DNA from: Paraspadella gotoi
Lineage: Eukaryota; Animalia; Chaetognatha
Assembly (NCBI GenBank): GCA_051294375.1
Contig: JBJCIZ010000744.1
Coordinates: forward strand, 272,206-336,205
Direction: 5' to 3'
DNA: 64,000 bases
Below are positions 12,539-26,900 of the stretch, one piece after another. Position 1 is the stretch's first letter. Each line of letters starts with the position of its first letter. The position numbers were made by a program, and so were the translations under genes. The notes under the pieces were generated by a model. It was not told the DNA's origin and made no database searches. It worked only from the letters and a program-made list of their open reading frames with translations.

Positions 12539-15500
12539 AAAAAAAACCCATCCTTGGCCCTTCTTCATATCATCCCTGTTCTCCTCCGCCTCTTCCTCTC
12601 TTTTCTCCTCCTCTTCCTCCCTTTTCTCCTCCTCCTTAAAGAATGCGAAGGAGGAATAGAGGCTGACAATAGGTTAAGAATGCGGGGGAGGAAGAGGCGT
12701 AGGAATACAAGAAGTATCCAGAAATGATATGGATCAAAAGGGTTTATGACAAATCATTTTTAACGAGTGGCTGCCCAAGGACTGCGGGGAGATTATGCAG
12801 CCCGCATCCGATCGGCCCGAGGGAAAGAAACCATACCTGCAATGATGAGATTTCAGGCAATTTAGCTACGACGCATCCCCGACGTGAATGTTGCAAAATT
12901 GATGATGATGCGGGCTCAGCGAAAAGGGTAGGAAAAGGGGAGGAAGATAAGGCTCTTTGAAACGGCAGGCCAGATTAAAGGTGCACGAGCGAGTATGCAC
13001 ACGAAACACAGGAAGGCCTAATGAGGTAGGACGACAGAAGAGGAGAGAGTGCAGGGCACATAATAGAGGTGCAGGACAGAGGCAAGAGAAAAGGAGGTAG
13101 AGAGGAGGAGACAAAGGGAGGAGGGCCGGAGAAGAAATGGCGAGTAAGAGAGGCGAGAAAATGGAGGAAGCCAGCGACGGAGAAAGGGAGGACGGAGGAG
13201 GGAGTAATAAGTGGAGGAGGAGGGAGCGAGAAGAGAGGGAGGAAAGAGGAGGAGAAAGAGAGAAGAGGCGGGAGGAGACGGGATTGATATGAAAGAAGGG
13301 CCAAGGAGTGGTTTTTTTGGCCTTATTTCAGTCATAGCGTCTTAAATTCGGAATATAAATTAGTTTTAGATGTTAAGTATTAAGTTGAGCAAGTTAGGAT
13401 TAGGTTAAGGATTAGGTTTAGGATTAAGGTTAAGTATTAAGATAATAATTATAGTTAGGAATTAGGGTTAGAGACTAAGTCAAGGTTTAGGGACTTGGGT
13501 TTATGGGTTAGGCGGTTTTGGGTTAAGGCGGTTGATGATTAGGGTTAAAAGATTCAAGGAACAGTTGTTAAGCATAATAAGTAAGAATTAGGTTTTGGGA
13601 CGCTTTTGGAAAAGAGAGCCCCTTTTTTCATGCGGTGGCGGCAGTGGGTGAGACGGCGGTGAAAATAGCCTAAATTTAAAAAACTTTGGAGAGCAGCACG
13701 AAGAAGATATGTCTTTTTTGAATTGCCAGACAAGATTTCCGCATGAGAGATGAACTGAGCAGGCGAAAGCTTCTCATATAGTCAGCATGGGAATTTTTGC
13801 AATGATCTTCTATTTATATTTAAAAAATTTACTAATAACAATAAATTTACACATTAAAAATCTACAAAACACCTCCCTAAATATAAGCGTCTGTAAGCTC
13901 CTATATTCTTGTATTCAGTCTTGCCATTCTCAACTGCGGCTACGACATTCAAACATTCCTTAAATTTGGAAACGGCCAAGTCTCTAAAAATCAGCGGCAC
14001 CGAAAAACACTGGACATGGACAACACCAAATATACTAATTCCTGCATCTGCCAAGAAGGTCTGATTTTAAGACTAAAAGGCTGCACCTGTTTTTCTTTAA
14101 CCTACTTCTGCAATTCCGGGTCGAAGCGAAAAGGCGTCCTACTTCTTTACTATGCACCTGGCAATTCAGCCCGAAACAAGGGGGAGGAGGCGGAGGAGGA
14201 GGAGGAGGCGAGGAAGTAGGAGGAGGAGGTGATCAGGATATTGAAATGAAGAGAAGTGGAAGAAGAAAAAAGGAAAAGAAAAGAGAAGAGAAGAAAGAGA
14301 AGAAGAAAAGAAGAGAAGGAAAGAAAAAAAAATTAAGAAGAAGAAGAAGTTTTAAGAAGAGAAAAGAAGAAAAAAAAAGAAAAAGAAAAAAGAATAAAAA
14401 AACGAAGCAGTTAAACAAAGAATCAGAGGTTAATTAACAGAACCAAAACAAAGCGCGCCAAACAGACGAGAGAAGTCACGTTGGTGAGACACGGATAGAG
14501 AACAAAAAGCAAGCCAGAGACAGAGACAGTAACCGACCAAAGCGCATGATAGGAGACAGAGATAGAAACAGGAAAACGGAAAAAGCAAGAGAAAAAACCG
14601 TTTTTGAGAGAGAGAGAGAGAGAGTAACAGTTTACAAAAAAATAATTAAAATTCAAATCATGAAAAAAGTCTCACATATTGTTGTTGGAGGGAAAAAACG
14701 CAACGGCTTGACCACATTTGACAATAATAAGCTTTTTGCTCAGAATAGCTAATAGCGAACGCGTGTATTACCGATATATTCAGCATCCGCGTTGCGACAG
14801 CGTGCTACGCCAGTGGCTGAGATCAGAAAAAGAATCATCGGACCGTCTTTTCGGGCTCTACTTTTTCCAGAACGCTCCATTTCTGTTCTATACCCGGAAT
14901 TTAAATTTTAACCTATTATTCAATTTAAATATATTCTTAAAATTGGCAAATCGCTAATCTTTAACTATCAATTCACAAGCTTTAACCTAATCTAGAACCT
15001 TAGCCCTAATCCCTTACCTGAATCACTTTACCCTAATCTCTTGGCACTTAAAAAAAAGTGTAACCTAATTCCAAATTTAAATTGAAAGTTTTGGGTAAAT
15101 AAAGGCTATCCCATTACCGAGAGGCGAAAGTAATAAATAGCCGAAGTAAAAGCAAACAAACAAACGCAGTTTACTGTCTGGCGTCAGACCGGCAGCGTCG
15201 GCCGCAGCGGCAAGCAGGCAGCCGGCAGCAGCAGAACCAAAGGGAAAAAACAAAAAGCAGTCAGCGAAAAAAAAGAACAAGAAAAAAAAACAAGACGGAA
15301 CGTCTCTGTCTGTGAGTCGACCGACCGATGTCCTCTCAACAGTCGAGTGTCATTTCCATGAGAAATGAGGAAAGGAGAAGGGGCGGGAAAGAGGGGGGGT
15401 ACTCGGGTATAGGTGTGTAATAACGAAAGCGAATGAAAAAAATCTTACAGCGTTCCAATGTCTCGGGCTTTAAAGAATATTATTAGCCAATAAAGAAACA

Positions 15501-18439
15501 TAAGTGAAGTACCATTGAAGCTATCTTGCTTGCCTGACGAATAATATTCGCGTAATATAAGTAGTAGGGACCAGTGCTTTGAATTGAGATTATTCAATGT
15601 AATCACAAACGTCTAATCAGTTAATGCGCAGCTAAAATTTCTACATTACTACGATGGTAAAATACTCTAATATTTATAAATATCGTTTATTAATCAATAG
15701 ATCGATATGTAATAAACATAGAAAATACGCAAAAAAGTGGTCCCGTCATTTGGGCTTCTAGCTAGCGTGTTGTTTATAAATACTAAAATATAAATAACCG
15801 GAAGAGTGAGAAAAAAAAAGAAAAAGAAAAGGAAAAAAGAAACTGTTTGATCGAACGTCAACATCACCTGATCTCACAGAATTGTAAATCAGAAGGCGGA
15901 CGAGACGACGAGAAAAGAAAAGAAACAAGAAGAGAAGAGAGAGAGAGAGAGGGAGACGAGCAGAGAGAGAAAGAGAGAGAGAGAGGAGAGAGAAAGTGAG
16001 AGGAAGTGATGAGACTGCTGAACACGAGAAACTGAGGAAGCGGATTTGCGGTTAACGGTTGCAAGGAATTGAATGAAGGAATGAATTAAGGAATGATAGA
16101 GATTGAATGAATGAAATGAATGAAATGATTAAATGATGATAATGAATGATGAAATGAGAGTGAAAAATTCCTCATGAACCCATGAGACAAAAACTATTTT
16201 GCCAACAACAAATAAGAAATGATTCCAATACATTACCGAAGACAACGACAATGATACTAGATAACTAAATTAGACACAAAGCAGTTAGAAGATTCTAATG
16301 ATGATAATGACTCAAAGTTGTTACCTCTCATCCGAAGAACAGGAAAGCTAAAGCAAACTCGAAATTAACAATTTGGCGTCTCAACTCGTTCACTTATAAC
16401 TCGCGCCATGTCGAAAAATAAGAGACGTCGAACCGCGGACGTTCACGAAAAAAAAAGCGTCTTCACGGCCCTCTGATAAAAATGCAAAAGGGGAAATTCA
16501 TATAATCTCGGTCGTCGCCGCGATTTTGGCCCATACCGGCCCAATATGAACTTCCTTTCATATTGAGCCGCGAATGCCTTCTGCATGTTCAGTACGCGTC
16601 TCCTGCGCACAATGGTGGTGAGAGCTGGCGGGGAAAATCCTTGGGTTGTGAAACGTAAAGCTTTGTTAACTCGTGCTCTCGATTGCGGCTCACCCTCTGA
16701 GCGTTTTAGTAGTTAGGGCAGTGTGTCTTAGGATAGTACGAGCGTCAGTGATATCAGAAGAATAGCACCAGAGGACCTCTCGAGAAGACTAAACACAACT
16801 TGTTGATTGGGCGCTGGGGCAAAATAGAATCAGGCGTGGCGACGTTATGCGGCTGGGACAAGAGAGAAAGGGGGGCGAGTTGGGATCCTTGAGTGGACCA
16901 ACTGAAGAGAGTTGGGACGTAAGGGAAAGGATGAAAAGTGTGCGCGCAAGAAAAGATTGTTGGGCTGGAAGAGAGCGGAATAGTAGACTAGTGTATGGAA
17001 AGAAACTGTGCTTGTGAGTTGTAAGCGATTGATGTAGGCTTGTGAGGTCCTTTAATATACTTTTCTTATTTTACATACCTTTAAAAAATCTGAAGAAATA
17101 TTAAGCATAATATAGAATCGCAAATATGAAACTGGCCATACCTCTCCAATAGCAGACATATAGTTCCCCGCCAAAGACCAAATCGAATTGCTCAGTCAAC
17201 CAACAAGGAATCTTCGTCTCCTATCTCACAGATGTCTCCGGTAAACGCATTTATGACATGGTCTCGCTTCGGCAAGAGCATACTCCATGTGAAAATACAG
17301 TAATACTAAAATATGGAAATAAGGTCCGACGTAGTAATTACTTACACTGAAGCGGGTACCAATGCTCAGTCTCACAATGAACATTAGTCGTGCAAATAAT
17401 AATTCGACTCTCTCTGTTACAATTTTCTAATTTCACGATATCTTAATCTTGAAGAACAAGACTCAAATATAGTGAACTTTAACAAATTATGAGGACATAA
17501 CTACATTAATACGAGTCAATATCTAGTAGAGAGATTTCGGTCCGGAGTTGGTGCTAGTTGTAGCAAGATAAGTGTAGAAACAAAGAAAACTCTCTAAAGT
17601 TCACAACTAATTCATTACCTGTCAGCCTCCGAAGAGAATTTTCAACTGCTGAGTAATATTCGCGCTACCCTTCGTTTAAGTTATGGCCCCGCGAGAAGAA
17701 TTTTTCCTGGTCCGGAATAATCCCAAGTAGGAATAACCCATCTACCTGACGACATTTACAACCGAAATTTAATATCGTTTACTCCGTCTCTACTCTCTCA
17801 GGATGAAGCCTCGAGGGAGGTTTCCTCACGTTTAGTGCACCGCTGGCCTCCGCCCTGCCGCATTTAAGCGACTGCACTATATCTCATTGTCGTGGTCGAG
17901 ATGTTCTAAATGTGACAAATCATGAAAGAAGAGTGCATTTCTATACTCTTCCGCTGAGTAATATAAATCGTGCTGTTGAAAGCGGTGTATTAGACCAGGC
18001 CTGCAAGAGAGAAGTCATGAATATGTGTAATCAAGTATCGATACAGAAATAAACATAAGAGAACAAAGACATAAAGATCAGGAATAAATAAATATATTAA
18101 TGATTAGAGGGAAGAGATGATCAAGGAAAGAGAAGAGGCAACTGTGAGGGTAAAATTAATAGACAAATATCAAAAATGGAGAAATAGCAGGAATAGTCGC
18201 AACTGATTGGTTCTCTTCTCGTATTCCCTGGTTTGTCTCTATCTCGTGTTATAAGCCTATATTGAAATCTTAAAAAATAAATATATCAAAGGCAAAGATA
18301 TATGAAGCCAAATCAGATTCGGCGATTACCTAAATAAACGAGAGAGACAAACATGAATTCGCTTGACTCTGTATCTGTGAGTTTTGTAATCGCTTTATCC
18401 TTCATCTCTTCTCTNNNNNNNNNNNNNNNNNNNNNNNNN

Positions 18440-18514
18440 ACCTCACCTCTTCCTCCTCTTCCTCCAACGCATCCTCGACCTTCGATCGTGCAAAACATTC
18501 CATTCACCCGGTGA

Positions 18515-18592
<78 letters not shown>

Positions 18593-20917
18593 ATCATTCT
18601 GTCCTGCTTGCTTGCTTGCTTGCTTGCTTTCCTTTTTCATTTCTTATTTTTTGCATTTCTTTATTTTTCTGTATGTCTGTTTATCAGTCTAACTCCTTGT
18701 CTGTTATTCTCTCAATCTATCTGTCCGTCTGTTGATCTTTTTTTTTTCCTTCGATCCGTTTCTATCTTCTTTCTATCCATTCTTTCTTTCTATTTCTTTC
18801 TTTTCTTTTGACTCTCTTGAGCGCTTTAATGTCCTTCTCGTTTTTTCTCCAAACGACGAACATCTTTTTTCCTCCCTTTTTATTTCCTTTCTGACGACTC
18901 GCCTCCATTTTTTCCTTTTCTTTCCTCCATTTTTCCTTTTCTTTCCTCCATTTTTTCCTTTTCTTTTCTCCATTTTTTGTCTTTTTTCCTCCATTTTTTC
19001 ATTTTCTTTCCTCCATTTTTTCATTTTCTTTCCTCCATTTTTTCCTTTTCTTTTCTCAATTTTTTGTCTTTTTTCCTCCATTTTTTATATTATTTTAATT
19101 ATCAAAATTATTATTTTTAAATCTTTCTCCAATTTTTTCCCTCCTTTTTTCACTTTCTTCCTTTTTTTTTCTTTTTTCTCGGAAAATTGAAAAAAAGATG
19201 TTGATTCTCTGGAGCAAGGAATTTAATCGTAGGAGCGGGAAGGAGAGAGGAAAAGAAAGAAAGAAAGAGAGAGCGAGAGAGAGAGAGAGTCGATATATAT
19301 CTCAAGGGAACAAGTTATTCTTATTAGATTCGTCGTCTCAGATTTATTTCCTCCAATCCCCGGAGTTTCGGAGGCGAAAAAAAGGAATTTGATTCGCGTC
19401 TATTCTTCGTTTTGTGGTCGTTTTGTGGTCGGTAAGGGTTCTGTAGTGATTTTGTGGTCGGAGAGAAGTGAAAAAGGTTTTGTGATTGAATCAGGTTTTT
19501 TTAAATTTTTTTAGTGTATTAAAGAAAAATTGAACTAAAAAGAAAAGAAAAAAAACCTTTTCTTATCTCTCAATTCAAGTTGGTATTTTTAAAAAAAATA
19601 TTTCTATCAAGAGAAAATGGAATCTTAAAGAAAAATAATCACAGAAACGTCCACACAAAAGCAGGCTTTCCCACACAGAGAAAACGTCACACGCAGACGC
19701 ACTCACGCTCTCGCACGCTCTCGCACGCTCGCTCATTCTTTCGTTCCGAGCCTCGATTATCCAACATCTCATCTCCAAGTTTTCTCTCGCGATACTTCTT
19801 CGCTCAGGTGGCCAACGAGGGGCGGCCCTTCTCGGATTACTCCTCTTTTTCCTCCTCCTCTTGCTCTTCCTCCTCCTCCTCTTCCTCGTCCTCTTCCGCT
19901 TCCTCTTGCTCTTCCTCCTCCTCTTCCTCGTCCTCTTCCGCTTCCTCTTGCTCTTCCTCCCACCCCCCCAATCTTTTCATTCGATTATTTCATTTGCATC
20001 GATATCTTGACGAAGACAGAAATTATGGAGAAACTACGTGCTTCCTCTTTTTTCCCTTCCTAATAGTTCTCTCTCTTTTACGAGTCTAATAGTTCTCTCT
20101 CTCTCTCTTCTCTATTTTTATCTTCTTTTACAAGTTTAATAGTTCTTTCTCTTTTTATAATCTATTTTTTCCGTCCTTTTTTCTCTTCAATTCCTCTTTT
20201 CCTCTCATCTTTCTATTTTCCTCCCTCCTCTATTTCCTTCTTCTAATTCCCCTTTTCCTCATATCTTTCTCTCATCTCTTCTTCCTTTATAATTTATTTG
20301 CTTTACACACATCTATTTCCGCCAAATGACATTTTCCTTTTATTCCTTTTTTCTTCATAGTATATTTTTCCCAAATTTTAATCTTCTCTTTTTCCTTTTC
20401 CAATTCTTCCTTAATTATTATTCCTATTTTCTCCTCTTTACATTCTTTTCCTTCTATTTTACCTCCTCACCTCCTCTTTTCTCCTTTCCTTTCTCCTCCT
20501 TTCCTCCTTTTCTTTCCTCTCTTCTCCTTTCCTCGCTTTTCTTTCCTCTTTTCCTCATTCTCCTCCCTTCTTTTCTCCTCCTTTCTCCTTCCTCTTTTCT
20601 TTCGCTCTTCTCCTTTCTCTTTTTCCTCTCTTCTCCTTCCCTTCATCCAGTCCTCCTTTCTATCTCTTTCTCTTCGCTCCTTTCTTCTTCTCTCCTGTCT
20701 CTTCATCCTCTCTTCTCCTTTCTCTTCTTCCTTCCTTCCTTCTTCTTTCCTCTCTCCTTCTCCCTCTTTCCTGCCTTTTCTTTACTTCCCTCTCCTCTTC
20801 CCCTCAAAAGCCGAAACCAAACTTTGCCACGAGTTAATTTCTTTCCTCTACTTCTGAAGCGCACTTTGCTCCCTAATCCCCTTCACTATCTTACTCTTCT
20901 GTCTCTCTCTCTCTTCG

Positions 20918-20948
<31 letters not shown>

Positions 20949-23900
20949 GTACCACAGGTCGTCCCCACTCTCAGCCTCTTATCAGCTTCTTCATTGAGAC
21001 TCTACCCGGTATTGTCCTCTTATCAGCTCCTCCACTTTCTTCCATTACGCACAACGGGAACTAACTCTCTCTCCTCTCTCTCTCCTCTTCTCTTCTCTCT
21101 CCCTCTCATCTCTCTCTCCCATCTCTCTGCTCTCTCTCTCTCTCTCTTTTCATTCATTATTTCCTCGCTAGCGGCCGCACGCGCGACAAAACGGGCATCG
21201 GAAGTCACGTGATTCGAATCGCGGAAGTGAACTGCGCATGCGTTGTGACGTGATGCGCGCGAGCGAACAAAAGAACACGATAACCAGATGGCAGTGAAAT
21301 ACGTGATAATGCGAAAGACACGCTGTTACATTTTTGGAAAGTGAAATGAAATTGAATGTTAAGTTGATAAAAGAAAATAAAAAGGACATTCAATAAAATG
21401 TTGTACATAGTGTTGATTATTGATCGGACATTGTTCAGTTTTATTGAATAGGCAAACCTTCTCTCTCTCCTTTCTCTCTTCCTCTCTCTCTTTCTCCTTT
21501 CTCTCTCTCTTCTTTCTCTCTCTCTCTCTTCTCTCTCCCTGGTATCTTTTTGCCTATTCAATAAAACTGAACAATGTCCGATCAATAAATCTTAACACTA
21601 ATTGTACAACATTTTTTATTGATGTCCTTTATTTTCTTCTTATCAACTTAACATTCATTTCATTCACTTTCCTCAAAATGTAACCAGCAGTGTCTTTCGC
21701 ATTATTCAGTATTTCACTGCCATCTGGTTATCGTGTTTCCTTTTGTTCGCTTTCTGCGCGCTATCCACGTCACAACGCATGCGCAGTTCACTTCCGCGAT
21801 TCGAATCACGTGAATCTCCGATGCCTCCGTTTTGTTTCGCGCTGTTGCGGCCGCTAGCGAGGAATAATGAATTAAAAAGATGAGAGAGAGGAGAGAGATG
21901 ATGACAGAGAAGACGAGAGAGAGAGAGAGATGAGATGATTGAGAAGAGAAGATACGGAGTGAGAGACGTAGTACGCGTGGATGAGAGAGAGAGAGGAGGA
22001 AGAAGTAGTCTTTGTTCGTTTTGGAAAGAAGAAATGTGGAGAGCTGATAATCGAGGTACAAAACCCCAGAGTCTTCAATAAAGAAGCTGTATAAATGATG
22101 CTGAGAGTGCCAGCCCTGGTTGTACGAGGAGAGAGAGAGAGGAGAGATGAGAGGAGAGATAGAGAACTGAGATGAGAGAGGAGAGGATTTGAGAGGGAGG
22201 TATATTGTGAGAGACGCTGAGGATGATGATAGAGATGGAGTTATGATAGTGAAGGGATTAGGGATCAAATGCTTTCAAAGATATAGAGGAAGTATCGTGG
22301 CAAAGTTGGTTTGGCTTAATATGGAGAGAGAGGGAGAGAGTATAAGAAAAAGGGAGTTATAAGGGAGGGGAAATGAATAAGGAGGTAAAGGATAGTATGT
22401 AAGTAATGATGATGTGTAAAGATGATTGAAAGATGGAGGAGTATGTAAGAAATATATTATATATATATATGGAGAGAAAGTGAATGAGAGAGGGAAAATA
22501 TATGAGGGAAAGGAGATGAGAGGAAGAAAAGGAGGAAAGGATGAGAAGAGCATGGAAAGAAAAGGATTGGAAAGGGGATGTAAGTTATTAAGGATAAGGA
22601 GAAGAGAGGTAATATTATGTATAAGTAGAAGGATAGGAAAGAAACAAGTGAGGATTAAGGAGGAGAAAGGAAATGGAGAATAAGGGAAAAAGAGGATTGG
22701 AGGATGTGGTAAAATTTAGAAGGAAAGGAATGTTATATGTTGTATGAGAAAATAGGTAATAATATTAAGAGGAAGAATTGGGGAAAAGGAAAAAGAGAAT
22801 GATAAAAATTTGGGGAAAATATTATATACTATGTAATAAAAAAATAGGAATAAAAGTTGAAAATGTCATTTGGCGGGAAATATGAATGTATAGTGTAAAG
22901 GGCAAATATAAATTATATAAAGAGAAAAGGAAGAGATGAGGAGAAAGATATGAGAGGAAAGCGGGATAGAAAAGAAGGAAATTAGAGGAGGGAGGAAAAT
23001 ATAGAAAGATGTGATGTAGGAAAGAGGCAATTGAAGAGAAAAAAAAGGACTGGGAAAAAAATAGTGATTTATAAAAAGAGAAAGAACTATTTAAAACTTG
23101 AAAAGAGATTAAAATAGTAAGAAGAAGATGACGAAGTGGAGAGAAACTATTAGACTCGTAAATAAAAAGAGAGGCAGAACTATTAGGGAAGGGAAAATAA
23201 AAAAATAAAAGATGAAGGAAGGCAACCCGTAGTTTCTCACATAATTTCTTGTCTTTGTCAAGATAATTACGATGCAAAAATTGAATATCGAATTTGAAAA
23301 TAGAGATGGGAGGGGTGGTTGAGGAAGAGCAAGAGGAAAGCTGAGAAAGATGGACAGTAGGAAGAGGAGGAGTGAAGAGACAAGAGGAATCGAGAAAAGG
23401 AGGAAGAAGGACGAGGAAGAGGAGGAGGAGGTAAGAAGCAATTGAGTTCAGAAGGGAAATGAAAAAAGAGGGAGGTAATCGAGAAAGGGCCGCCCCTTCG
23501 TATGTGACCACACTATGCGAAGAAGTATCGCCGAGTAATTGGAGATGAAGATGTTGTAATCGAGGCTACGGATACGAAGAAATGATTGCTAGAGCTAGAG
23601 AGAGCAAATAAATAAAGATCAATCGGCGAAAGTGCGTAGTTATAATGATACTAAAAGCACTGCTTTGTGTGATGCGTTTCTTGTGATTATAAATTTATGA
23701 TAGATAATATTTTTTAAAATACAGAATTGTAGAGATGACTAGTAATAATTGGTGTTTTTTTCTTTTTCCTTTTTTTAGTTGTTTAATACACTACAAACAT
23801 TTAAAAAACCTGATTCAATCACAAAACCTTTTTCTCTCCGACCACCAAAATCAACTTACAGAACCCTTACCGACCATCTGACCACAAAACGAAAGAATAG

Positions 23901-26900
23901 ACGCGAATCAAATTTTCTTTTTTTCTTCGCTCCCGAAAAATGGATAAAACTCCGGGGTTTTTGAGAAGGAAATAAATCTGATGTACGAAATTAAAATAAG
24001 AATAAAACTCTGTGTCCCTTGAGATTCTCTGCTCTAATTTCCTTTTCTTTTTCTCTCCCTCCTTTCCCCGTCTCTTACGATTAAATTTTTCTGCTTCTAG
24101 TAGATTGTTATTATCAAGATTTTTTCTGTTTGTCGCACTCTCTCTCTTTTTCTCAGACCTTGACGACAAGAAAAAAAGGGGAAGCGGCAGAATAATTACA
24201 AAAAAGAAATAATAAAATAAGGAAAAAGAAAGGTGAGAGAAAACAGAGAATTTAGCAAAGGAATTGTCTGCTTTCGCCCCGTACAATTTTTTATTATTCC
24301 TTTTTAAAAAGGTAAGGTGTCAATTAGAAAACAATGGGCAGGGGGTTAGGAGTATTATGAATTTAAAAGATTACCTTAATTAGGGATAAAATTTTATGGT
24401 TACTTTCCGGTTAAAATATTAAATATGAGAGTCCAAAGCTAATGAATTAAATAACAATTTATGGGAGGATGTTTAATAGTAAATTTGAGACATTCACATT
24501 AAATAAATATCCAGTATCGGAAAAAACGGGCTAAACCTGGCACGGCAGTAAATGCGTGAAATAAGCAATGGCAACAATTGCTGTTACTATTGGATGTCTT
24601 ATTTTAAAAGAATCAATGTTAAATCAAGGCATTCGTGTTCCTCCTGCTTGGCAATCCTAGCCTCTGTATATTCCATTCTCTTTCTCTTCCAAGATCTGAG
24701 ATACAAGCTTCTCGTTTTTAGTGATTCTGCGGAAGATTCGACAGTAGAACACAGAACAAGACAATGTCGAAAAAGAGATTGTAAAAGAGAAAGTGGAGGA
24801 AAAATCGGCAAGTATAGTGGCAGCATATAGAGAATTGAAAAATTAGAAAAAAAAAAAATGGATGTAGGCGAAAGAAAATGAAAAAAAAAAATAGGATGAG
24901 TGGAATGACTCTCGATTGGCTAATTCACGATTGGGAAAACAGACCAAAATGAGTCACGTCATTTGAAAAAAGAAGAATAAATGGAAATATATTTTATTGA
25001 TTAATTTAGAGAAATTTATAATTTATAGGACGAAATAAAAGGGAGATTGACTAATCGATTTGACTAAATATATGAAGACATTTTTTTTATATTGGATATG
25101 TGTAGAACTCTTGAAAGAAAACGTGGAAAATTATAGAAACACTGGGAGTGCTGTGAGATCTGTGCTCGGAGTCTTCTTGTAGATCATGGACGTACAGTCT
25201 CAGAACTTATTAGATACAAGGGCGGTGCTCGTGCAAGGAGTGACAGAAAGAGAGAAATGTTTCTCGTGTGTACGTTTGTGGAAGATCCATCGATCGACGT
25301 AAGGACCCTCTCGTGATAAGTCGGGAACTCTAATGCGGGCGCGAGAAAGCGTTCAACAAGGAAGTTATATGTTTAAAAGAATTCTCAAGAAAGAAAAGTT
25401 AAGTATTGAAAGAAAACAATGTGGTGGGATTTATAAGAAAAAGAAAAGTATTAGTATACACAAGTGTGAACTGGAATGGAGAAAAAGATTAAGACTGGAG
25501 AAGTGATTAACATCCACAGCTGGACCAAAGATGGATTGAGGAGTATATTTAAAAAAAGACAATGTGTAGCATAGACTGAAGGTGAATACAGAACAATACA
25601 GGAAGAAAATTTAACTCAAAAGTATGAAATAAACTACATAATTAAAGAGAAAGAAGAAAACACTCAAAATAATACAAGTGTAGATAACTTAGAAAGAAGT
25701 CAAAGACTCGACCAGAAAAGCTTGCTAATTCAAGGAAACCAGAAGGGACCCAAGCCAGCATCGGCAGGCATTATGTATTGAAAAGCATACACAAGAACAA
25801 GGATAGAGCCACGTAAAAGTTAAAGAAAAAATTATAAAAAGAATAAAAAAGCAAAGGGAATAATTGAAATTTGCTGAAGTTTGCAAGGATTGCAAGAAAG
25901 AACAGCATAAAAAAGTCAGTAACGAACATATGAAACAAGAAACCGCAGAAAAATTATAAGTCATCCGGAGCTTACGTGAATGGAAAGTAATATGTGTGTT
26001 TAAATTGCAAAATACAAGTAAAAATTTTCAAATGCCATGTAACCCGAGTGAGATCTGCGCGCTCTAGGGTATGCATAAGAAGGATAGGCTATGAATACAT
26101 TGATAGTGAGAAGTGATAATAAATCATGGAGGTAACATATGTCCTCCGAAGTGTTATGAGTAAAGTGATGTAAGATTTAACGGTCTTGAACCTAGCGTTA
26201 GTGTGAGTTCTTTTAAAAGAGCCTTCATTTCGGGATAAACTGTAGGCGCCACAAAGGAGGAACGCGGGGAGCCGACTGAGCGTCTCAGTGCATGAATGAC
26301 CCGTACCACTCGCACAGTATGGAGGCGAGGGGAAAACATTAAAGGGCGCCCATTGGGTGCGCAACTGCTGCTAGCCCGGGGATTCTCCTGGTCGCGCGTG
26401 CAGAGGATTGACGCGCATATGATGATCTCCACTGTTCGCGTCCAAAGTCTGGGGAGAATCGAATGGATTCATGAAGAATTCGGGGCGCCAAGACTCTCTC
26501 AGGTCGACGACGCCTCCGACCGGTGGGACCGAGTCGCTTTGCCCGAAAAGAGACGCCTAGCGACATGCCTTTTAGCGCGTCGGAACCTGGACGGAGGAAA
26601 CAGTCGCTTGTCCGTGGCGGAAAGCGCAGGGCGACAGACGTGCCGCGCGTTCTGAGGAGAAGCAGAGAGAAGTCCCTCGTTGCTGCAAGGTAGAGTACGT
26701 GATGAGACATAAACGCGCGTAGAGAGGAGGAGATGGAAATTTATGGAGAAAACGCAGAGAAGGTGAGCGGAGAGAAAAAGGAGGTCAAGACGCGCGCGAG
26801 GAAATGGGCGGACAACAAGAGATCGGATTACCGAAGTCTGATCGGGAGGAAAAGGGAGGAGAGAGGAGGAGAAGAAGAAAGGGAGTGAAGGAGGAGGAAG

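Larger units (their letters stand above)
8900..18050. repeat. Foldback 2: arms about 8900-12640 and 13200-18050, spacer about 560 bp, right arm progressively degraded
   Basis: 12500-12640 mirrors 13200-13360, and 11000-11230 mirrors 14710-14960. The match decays to barely recognisable by 17160-18050, where the tRNA-like piece reappears garbled near 17830-17870. Confidence 0.9.

Noticed and set aside
16400-18050. Apparently unique complex sequence (also 27.7-31.4 kb and much of 34-36.2 kb)
   Set aside because: The first two stretches are recognisably degraded copies of 8.9-16 kb sequence. The third looks like similar low-quality read sequence and shows no interpretable features.
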